A stretch of 20,000 nt of DNA from positions 60,933 through 80,932 of the forward strand of contig JABANN010000071.1 in the NCBI GenBank assembly GCA_013115125.1, read 5' to 3'. Shown here in pieces: positions 11,729 to 20,000 of the stretch. The position numbers were made by a program, and so were the translations under genes. The notes beneath the pieces are model-generated. The model saw only the letters and a list, made by a program, of their open reading frames with translations, searched no databases and was not told where the DNA came from. Source of the stretch: Perkinsus olseni. Lineage: Eukaryota. Position 1 is the first letter of the stretch. Every line of letters starts with the position of its first letter.

Positions 11729-11956
11729 AATAATAGAATTACCCCGCGGTAAGAATATCAAAGCAACAAGAAACAATCCTGCTGTTCCAGCATACCTTCC
11801 ACCTCGACATTGATAACATCTTTAATCAACACTACACTATCAGTGATCATGCTGATAATGAAACTAATGTCCTTAGCATGCTACATAGTAAATAGATGAT
11901 ACTGGCCATACACCCGATACAGTTACTACCATCATCAGACCAGCTGTATCGACCAT

Positions 11957-13820
11957 TCAACCACCAGAGTAAGCAACAGCCGCAGCAGCACCCGCAGAGG
12001 AGGAAGGTTGATGGCTATTATCAGTATCAAGGACAGTAAGATCCTCCTTAAGGAGCTCCTCCACAGTGAGCATGTCTATACTACCCCCATCGCTGCCAAT
12101 GCTACTCGTATCATCATCCTCGTTATAATTGTACTCATCAGTACCCCGTGATAGTGCAGTCACCGAAGACCTACCGCTCCCCACTCGTCCATACGAGTCC
12201 AGTGGTACCGCCCTCGGCTGCGGAGTAGGAGACCTAAGCCTCCTGTTGAGAGCACGCCTTGGAGGGGTCGGAGTGAGGGCCCCCACGCCACTGCCTTGAT
12301 AGGGTCGACCCAGTACACCGAATAGTGCATTGTAAATATTCCAGTACTGCCCCTGATACTCTACCGGTAATTGGTCCCACAAGCCCAGGAACTGCTCATC
12401 CTCGTCTAGAGTCGAACGACGATCCACATTATCAAATGGTTTCACGCAAAGTGCCTATGATAGAGAGGAGCGTAGTGGCGCAGTACCGCTCATCCCCTAC
12501 TACCTGCTCCTCCTCAAAGAGCTCCCTAGGTGAGTTGACTGTGTGTTGGAAGCCTAAGGAAGCCACTCCGGCCCCCTGCTTAAGATCGTCCATGATCACT
12601 GTATAAGTGGTACGACGGAAGTAAGGAATGTCGGGGTAATGGCAACGCAGGGCGGCGCACCACTGAGCAGTGTGCTTAGGGGCCACCATGGTCCCATCCC
12701 GGTCGTCCATCACCATCGTGAGGTAGACCTTCTTAAGCTTCGGTGGGCGGAAGCGTGTAATGCATTCCATAATTAAATCCCACGGTACCACACATCCCCC
12801 AACACATTGCAGACTTACACCCCTGAGAGAGTGCCGACTAGCCGACAATACCCTAATTAGGTTGATCTCGCCGTCGGGTCCTGGCGGGGAGGGCAGCCAC
12901 CGCCGACACACCATATGCCGTAACTGGGGTCCTAGTCCTCTATCCAGCGCCATATTGAGGGTTACTTCCGATAGCACCCCTACTGAGAACCCCTCGAGGG
13001 TCTCTAAGGAACCAGCAGATAGCCTATGGACGAGGCCTTGAGCGACTCTATCCGACCATAGGCCAAGATGGAGCCTTCGAAGATGACCACTGCTATTCCA
13101 AGTAGGCATACCTCTCTTGAACACTATCTGCCGAGCTGCATCCGGACCATCATCTAAGCTCTCCTCTCTTCGTCGAGCCCTCTGTAGCACATCTAAGGTC
13201 TCCAGTACAGGACAATTAGCCAGGAAGTGTATCAGCCATGACGCGATACCGTTGTCATTAGAGAACGTGTCATAATCGATAGTGTTGGGGCCGAAGTCCA
13301 AGCCAGTGAGACGGACCTCCCTCAGTCGACTGTGGAGGATGGATCGTGTCACAATACCACTAGCAGGGTAAGAGATGGCCTCGTCTTGTCGAAGTCCAAT
13401 ATCCAATGACTCTAGGTAGGGTATTGGATCGGACGATGAGGATGAGGGTGATAAGATGTCGTAGATGGGTGACGCGGTAACCCCTATTAATTGAAGGCGA
13501 CGTAGCCTTTGGATAGCTGATAAGGTTAAGAGCAGTTTTGGTAATGGCTCGACTCTGCCATGCACCCTCAGCTCACTGACACAGGCAAACATAGTCACTA
13601 CAGTCTTATACTTCTCCATTGGCCATTGTCCAGTGGATAAAGGGGGCTCCAAGTCCGCATGGGACCATGAGGTGGGCTCCAGTACAATGGAACGAGCAAG
13701 TTTGGATACCAAACCCAGGGATTTTAGGGACCCGCTGACACCAAGATAGGGTACGACCAGTGGTAGCGAGGCGTAGAATAGATCAGCTGATGGACTAATT
13801 GCTGGTGATGAGGGGAGCAT
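11957..13820 (-). CDS. F-box-like / leucine-rich-repeat-like protein, ~604 aa, two exons
   Basis: ORFs 12432-13832 and 11957-12445 are joined in frame by a 49-nt GT-AG intron at 12455-12503 (EEEQ|ALCVKPFD). The N-terminus LPLVVPYL..LKSLGLVSKLARSIVLEPTSWSHADL resembles an F-box. Repeated LxxLxL segments follow (LRRLQL, LESLDI, LREVRL, CPVLETLDV, LRRLHL, LKKVYL), then an Arg/Ser- and acid-rich tail. First in-frame ATG is at 13820; an upstream exon is not excluded. Confidence 0.6.
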
Positions 13821-14123
13821 TGGAAGGGCCAACAGAAGCCCTACCCAGGAGGCTATCCAGGCCTTGTAGGCGGTCTACACGTAGTAGCAGTAGCAACAAC
13901 GAGGGGTTGATTAACAGCACAGTACGATCTATCAAGCGGGAATGGCTAGATTATACTATTTCGGACCTATGAGAGACATGTTGGTAAAGCGCACCTCGCG
14001 GCAACTGATTAAACAAAAATGCCAAATAAAACTGGTTTCGCTCCGTCCAAGTTTTCAGCGTCCCGCACCATCAACGTACTGAGACAGTAGTCGGTGTATA
14101 GTGTTTTCCTCTTCTCCTCCTCA
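13821..14123. promoter_or_regulatory. Strand-switch region / putative bidirectional promoter
   Basis: About 300 bp between the head-to-head starts of the F-box-like gene and TrpRS. It has an A-rich patch (~14008-14032) and a pyrimidine tract just before the TrpRS ATG. Position-based inference only. Confidence 0.45.
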
Positions 14124-14835
14124 ATGTCCAAATCAGTAACAAGATCTCCTGCATTCGACGCTGCCTTGCACGTTATTAAAGGAGCCGTTTGCACGGTGAT
14201 AAATTAGGGGCTTTGGTGGGGTCTTAGCAGGTCGACATCATCAGGTCCTCCGCATTCCCACTGGCCGGACAACTGAGAGAGTCTCTCCTCACGAGGGTGG
14301 TGGCAAGCTCACTCTCAACTCGATCAAGGTAATGTCGTGTAGAATGATCCGAGTACCAGTACAGTCTACCGCAGGAGGAGCCTACGGAAGATCAGAAGGA
14401 ACTCATAGCCACCAACGTTTATAACAAGGTGGAGGAGAACGCACCTTTCAAGGTACGGCCCTTTCTGGCACCCTAGCCTAGACATGAGCTTGTAGGTCTT
14501 TACTGGAGTCCCTCGTGAGCTCGCTGAGAAGAAGTACTTCGACACTATGTACGATAGCTTCAAGGTTCCGGACTCGGTCAAGGAGCTCCGATTGGTCTAC
14601 TTGGAGCAGTGGAATCTCAACTGCAATGTAGGACTGGATGGATGGGCTACTGGGATGGTCTATGAGCTCTGTAGGTCCATCCCATCGTGAAATCTACTGG
14701 CCTGTTGGGTGAGATCAATCTCACCAAGTGGAAGTACTCCGCGAAGAAGGCTACTCTAGAGATATCCTTTACAGGTGAGTAGATACTCTCCTCGCTCATG
14801 TCCTGCTCATCAGTGACTTTCTGTCTCAGTGGAGC
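14124..14835 (+). other. AlaX-S-like (tRNA editing fold) domain appended to TrpRS
   Basis: Exons 14124-14195, 14245-14328, 14375-14452, 14496-14627 and 14675-14774 translate to [132 protein letters not shown]. This is colinear with the archaeal AlaX-S pattern as recalled (HSALHVVKGAV..NEKVKENAPIK..MYDLFPVP..WNVNACNKEHTKTTG..LEIHF). Confidence 0.88.
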
Positions 14836-16819
14836 CAACCACGGATGTTTTCGAGATGGCAGAGGAGGATAGTAATGTTGAGGATCTCCCTCCTCTCGAT
14901 ATTGCTGTGCCCTACGTACCGGATGGTACTACAAGATGCCCTCATCTCCGCGGCTCTTATGCTTGTCTGATTTGCAGACCAGCTCAACCAAGAGGGAGTT
15001 CTTGGTGTATCGGAGGGGCAGAAGGTCACTCCTTGGGAGGTTGAGGGCGCCGATGAGGTACTGTATACGATGAGGATGAGCGACACCTTAGTACCTCCTT
15101 CTTTCTCTTCCCCCAGGGTATTGATTATGATAAGCTCATTCGTGACTTTGGCTGCTCCCCAATCGACCAGAAGCTTATCGACCGAATGGAAAGGCTTACC
15201 GGAAAGAAGGCCCACCGTTTCCTTCGGAGAGGACTCTTCTTCTCCCACCGTGATTTGGGTATCCTACTTGACAAGTACGAGAGAGGTAGCAGAGTATTAT
15301 GTTGTGAACGGTCCCCCGTACACAGCCTTGTAGGTATCCCCTTCTACCTCTACACGGGTCGTGGCCCCTCTTCCGAGTCCCTCCATCTCGGGCATTTGGT
15401 CCCCTTCCAATTTACCAAGTGGTTGCAGGTAGGTGGTCCTCGCTACTACCCCCCCCCCGGCCAACCCTCACCTTGCAGGATACCTTCGACGTCCCTCTGG
15501 TTATCCAGCTCACTGACGATGAGAAGTTCTTCTTCAAGGACTATCTGGTAGGTCCTGCTGGGGACGCTGCGTTACTAGTAGGAGCCTGTATGATGTTGTA
15601 GACACTGGAAGAGGCGCATCGCCTAGCCTACGAGAACGCCAAGGACATCATCGCCTGTGGTTTTGATATGGATAAGACCTTCATCTTCTCTGATTTGGAC
15701 TATATGGGCACTATGTAGTACTCGATCATCTCACTCTCCCAGCCCTATGAGCTCGGCAGGTACCCTAACGTATGTAAGATTCAGAAGCTTGTTACTTATA
15801 ACCAGGCACGAGGAGCTTTCGGCTTCACCGGTGAGGCCCTGGATAGGTGCCACACGGCGTGACGATGATGTGTGGTTGTATCAGGTTCTGACAGTGTTGG
15901 CAAGTCTAGTTTCTGTGCTATTCAAGCTAGCCCTTCCTTCTCTACTACCTTCCCATCCATCTTTGGTGACCGTAAAGATATCATGTGCCTCATCCCCCAG
16001 GCCATCGATCAGGATCCCTACTTCCGCGTGACTAGGTAGCAAGAGAGCCCCTAGCTCTTTCTGGCGAGGCTACTGCGTTCGCATGTCAGAGATGTTGCCC
16101 CTCGCATGGGTATGCTCAAACCTGCCCTCATCCACTCCAAGTTCTTCCCCGCCCTCCAGGGCCATAAGACTAAGATGAGTGGAAGTGTTGGCAACACTAC
16201 CATCATGGTCACTGATAATCAGAAGGAGGTATCACTTTATGGAGCCGACAGCATCGGACTCGATACCATCGTACATTTAGATCAAGAATAAGATCATGAA
16301 GTATTGCTTCTCGGGAGGACAGGACTCAGCTGAGGAGCAAAGGAAATACGGCGCCAATCTTGATGTCGATGTAGCCTATGAGTACCTAAGGTGAGCTTAA
16401 ATGAATCTTGCATGTATCAACATCACGGGCCGTATCTAAGATACGTCATGGAGGATGACGAGAAGTTCAAGCAGATTGGTGAGGATTATTCTTCAGGCAA
16501 GCTCCTTACCGGGGAGGTAGGTCTAGGGCTTCTTGGGTCCTCAGTGTCATCTTTGCCATGCGTATCAGGTAAAGAATATCCTTGTGGATGAGCTAGTGAA
16601 GCTGACCAAGGCTCATCAAGAGGCAAGGGCTAAGGTCACCGATGAGATGGTAAAGGAGTTTATGAACCCCAACAGGTAATGGTGAAAGGGAGGTTTGTGG
16701 GTAGAGGACAGCGGGTGGTGACACTCAGGCCTTCTTTGGCTAAATTCAAGTCCATTGGTAAGGATCGCAAGTTGAGCCATAGCAACCAAGTTTCTGGCAA
16801 CATCACCAAGCACCATTAG
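14124..16819 (+). CDS. WARS1: Cytosolic (eukaryote/archaeal-type) tryptophanyl-tRNA synthetase with N-terminal AlaX-like domain, multi-exon
   Basis: ATG at 14124. Catalytic body: [52 protein letters not shown] (HIGH-type motif 15384-15395), [24 protein letters not shown] (AIDQ 16001-16012), KMSGS (16172-16186), [21 protein letters not shown]. Last exon ends at TAG 16817-16819; a further intron near 16757 is possible. Confidence 0.96.
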
Positions 16820-17006
16820 TAGCAAGGATCCTACTTTCATCATCACCCCCGCAGTTCTATTGAGGTTTCTCGGACCTGTTGTTGTATAAGTTGGTATCCA
16901 CTGCTGTGTTGAGCTTGTAGTGTGTTATAGTATGATCAAGGGAGATTCCTGTCGCCGCTGTTACAGCATCTTCATCATTATCACTCTGCAGTGGTATCAG
17001 TTTTTT

Positions 17007-19897
17007 ATGCTCGGTATGAGAGTTGAATCATCATTACTAAGATTGTTTAACCTACTCCTACTGCTGAGCTGCTATTGCTTGCAGTCCTACGCTGCTGAGG
17101 ATGATAGTGATCACCAGCCCTATGTTCGTCCGGATGGCACTCTAGACCTCTTCGCTGATGATATACCAACCTATAGTGCGGAACCGGTAATAACTACTAT
17201 CTTTTGTCCCACGGCTCAGCGTTACTCGTCTAATTCGTCGTGGGTTACTTGTCGTCCCGTGAGGATCACCAAATATTCGTGAATCCGCTATGGGATCACT
17301 CTCAAGGATTGACGTTGTTTGTGCAGGGTTGTGCTCCCGCTGACAGGTTTTATCCAAGTACTCGGATATGCGTCCGAACGCTAAGATGGAAACATCGTCA
17401 AGGCAGGATGAATCAGAAGAGCGGTATACCAGTACACAGCAGCCGACCCCTATGACTGTTACGGCGACTCCAGTCTCTGCAACTCATGGTACTCCTGGGG
17501 CTATACCCGTTGCTAGGTCTACATCAGAGGGCACGCCGAAGGCAACACCGATTCGAGATGATGTTGATCATATAGTCAGCCCGTCGAATCATACGACCAA
17601 TATTGACGGTGAATCTCAGCCTAAACATGAGTCTCGTCAAGGGCTAGAATCGAGTGTCGACAAGGACTCTGCTGGAGCAAGGAGCGTTCCTACTGCAGTG
17701 TCGACGGCGAAGGGAGAAGGACGTGATGAGGCTGCTTGGGAGGAAGAGGAGCGCGCGAGGAAGGAGAGAGCTGATAAGCTTCTCAAGGAGGCACAAGAGA
17801 GGTTGAAGAAGGAAAGAGAGGAGAGAGTTAGAAAAGAGGAAGAGGAAGCTGCTATACGAGAAGAGGAGGATAGACGAGAAGCCGAAAAACGCGCTAAGGA
17901 CAGAGCCGAGCGGAAGGCGAAAGAAGAGGCCGAACGCAGAGAAAAGGAAGAGGCCGAAAGGAAGGAGAAGGAAGAGGCTGAGAGAAAGGAGAAGGAAGAG
18001 GCCGAGAGAAAGGAGAAGGCAGAGGCTGAGAGAAAGGAGAAGGCAGAGGCTGAGAGAAAGGAGAAGGAAGACGCCGAGAGAAAGGAGAAGGAAGAGGCCG
18101 AGAGAAAGGAGAAGGAAGAGGCCGAGAGAAAGGAGAAGGAAGAGGCCGAGAGAAAGGAGAAGGCAGAGGCCGAGAGAAAGGAGAAGGCAGAGGCTGAGAG
18201 AAAGGAGAAGGAAGAGGCCGAGAGAAAGGAGAAGGAAGAGGCCGAGAGAAAGGAGAAGGAAGAGGCCAATCGTAGAGTGAAGGAAAAGGTCGAAAGAGAA
18301 GCGAAGGAAGCGGCCGAACGAAAGAAGAGGGAAGAAGCCGAACGGAAGGAGAAGGAAGAGGTCGATCGTAAAGAGAAGGAAGAGGCCGAACGAAAGAAGC
18401 AAGAGGCTAAGAGAAAGGAGGAAGAGGCAGACCGGAGTGCGAAGGAAGAGGCCGAGAGAAAGGCGAGGCAAGAGGCTGAATGGAAAGAGAAGAAGGAGGC
18501 TGAGCGGAAGGCGAGCGAGGCGGCCGAAGGCCGTGAAAGACAAGACGAAAGGGAAGACAAGGAAGATACCGACCTGAAGGCGAAGGAGTCCCGGCGAGAA
18601 GAGGGAGATGCCGGACTGTCAAGGACTGCAGCAAAACAGACGAGCCAACCGCCGGCGACGAAGAGGGGGGACAAGGAGGATCACCAGCGGCGAGTTGATG
18701 AGGACCTGGGAGCTGCCGATGGCCTAGCCGATTGGGAAGAGAAGAATCCTGGGGAACTAGAGAAGAGCCGCGGTCGTGCTGAGGACGCAGCTCATGGGGG
18801 TAATGCCAGTGAGGGTCTCGAAGAGCAGTCACGCGATGCTGAGGCGGGATCTTATAGTACAGCTGCTGCTACTGCTGATGTTCAATCGGGTACTGCCACT
18901 ACGCCAACAGTACCACCTACTAAATCGGCTATCGAAAGGCTGCGAGAGGAAGCTCAGGTTACACTGAATAAGGCGGTGACGATAGCTCAGAGTCTTTGGG
19001 TGGCCTTTGGCGAGCCTGCAAAAATGGAGATTGCTCTCGCCACTGGCGTTGGTTCCCCTCTACTGGAGATCTACATGGCTTCTACCATTCTACTCCTGTG
19101 TATCGGGTGGGCATTTTTGAAGAAGAGGTCCCTGCCTCTGCCTAAGGCCGATGATGCTGCCCTGTGGAGGTTCAGGGCCTCTCGTCTTAGTAGAGAGGGT
19201 AACGACACTTCTTCGCTTGCCAATGGGATACCCACCGCTGCATCATCCGGGGCTTTTTCTGGATCCAAGGAAGGGATAACTGAGGAGCAGCTCACGCAGC
19301 TCCTACAGCAAGTAAGGGATGGATGTTGGTGACCACTCTGCTGTGACCTAGGATGAGCAGGTTCAGTACTTGGCGCAAATGGCCAACTACACCACACAGA
19401 ATCTCCAATCCTTCATGGAAGAATGCCAGGTATTAGTGGTAGTGATGAGGGTTGTGTCATTCAACTCATTTGTGCCTACAGACCAAGTTCAACGGTTTAA
19501 TATGCGACATAGCGGTGTTGAAGCAAGACCTAGATGAGGTGGACTGTGAGCTGCTGTCATCCAGTCAACAGGTATTGCTGCTAGCGAGCGTTGTTGATAA
19601 TTACTATCGTGAGTGCTTGTTGTAGGTGATAGAACATCTCACATCTCGTTCCCTCTCCAACCTCACGTTAGAGGAGCGATCGTCTCTCACTGATCCGAAT
19701 GAAGCCCAAGGCACATCGCCAGAGAGTACCAATGACAAGAGCGGAGAGAAAGCAAAAAAGGAGGAGAAGGCAGCTAGACCGGAGCTGGGTAGTAGTATCA
19801 TTGCGCGTCATAGATCTTGTGCCTCTCCCGACCCGTGACCTGTGTTGCACGGGTTGCAGGGAGCACCGGCCGTATACCCTGGGGTAAGGTGAGGTGA
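17007..19897 (+). CDS. Putative type I membrane protein: signal peptide, long Glu/Lys-rich helical repeat region, transmembrane segment, C-terminal coiled coil; function unknown
   Basis: ATG at 17007 gives a hydrophobic leader (LLRLFNLLLLLSCYCLQSYA). The donor at 17187 and acceptor at 17346 join it in frame to the 654-aa ORF. A hydrophobic stretch IYMASTILLLCIGWAFL is followed by KKR. Three more ~50-nt introns continue the frame (QLLQQ|VQYLAQ..EECQ|TKFNGL..SSQQ|VIEHL). The end is uncertain: 19838 unspliced, 19897 with one more intron, or beyond. Confidence 0.7.
17923..18258 (+). repeat. Coding tandem repeat, 14 x 24 bp (consensus GAAGAGGCCGAGAGAAAGGAGAAG = EEAERKEK), with degenerate copies to ~18520
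   Basis: Counted directly. Units differ mainly at codon 1 (GAA/GCA) and codon 3 (GCC/GCT). Confidence 0.95.
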
Positions 19898-20000
19898 TCG
19901 AAAATGCGATGTCGGTTGTCCAGGGTTACTAAACCCTTCCACAAAATTATATCACATCGCGTTTTTTCCTCATTTCTTCCAATTTATTGCGATTGGGGGT

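Noticed and set aside
12432-12445. Overlap of two minus-strand ORFs suggesting a programmed frameshift or pseudogene
   Set aside because: Explained by a canonical 49-nt GT-AG intron at 12455-12503.
17923-18258. Regular short repeats as a possible CRISPR array
   Set aside because: Units are contiguous with no unique spacers, lie in frame in a eukaryotic exon, and there are no cas genes.
17637-18674. Long antisense ORFs (345 aa and 299 aa) rich in Ser/Phe/Leu
   Set aside because: These are the reverse complement of the purine-rich EEAERKEK repeat, which lacks stops on that strand; no independent coding evidence.

Overview
Gene-dense, intron-rich eukaryotic protist DNA with many 41-55-nt GT-AG introns. 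The style and gene content suggest an alveolate, most likely Perkinsus-like; this is inference, not a database result. There are six spliced genes in two divergent blocks. Minus strand, in transcription order: an F-box/LRR-like protein, a stand-alone polynucleotide kinase/2',3'-cyclic phosphodiesterase (the healing half of a Trl1-type tRNA ligase, with no ligase domain), Ku80, and PAN2 deadenylase, whose 3' end runs off base 1. Plus strand: cytosolic tryptophanyl-tRNA synthetase with an N-terminal AlaX-S-like domain that has a degenerate zinc site, then a signal-peptide/transmembrane protein with a 24-bp tandem repeat (EEAERKEK). The most notable items are the ligase-less end-healing enzyme directly upstream of Ku80, the AlaX-TrpRS fusion, and a remodelled PAN2 with a ~280-aa low-complexity N-terminus and a UCH domain apparently lacking its fingers. 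No RNA genes, transposons or CRISPR arrays were recognised. All exon models were spliced by hand, and family assignments come from remembered motifs.
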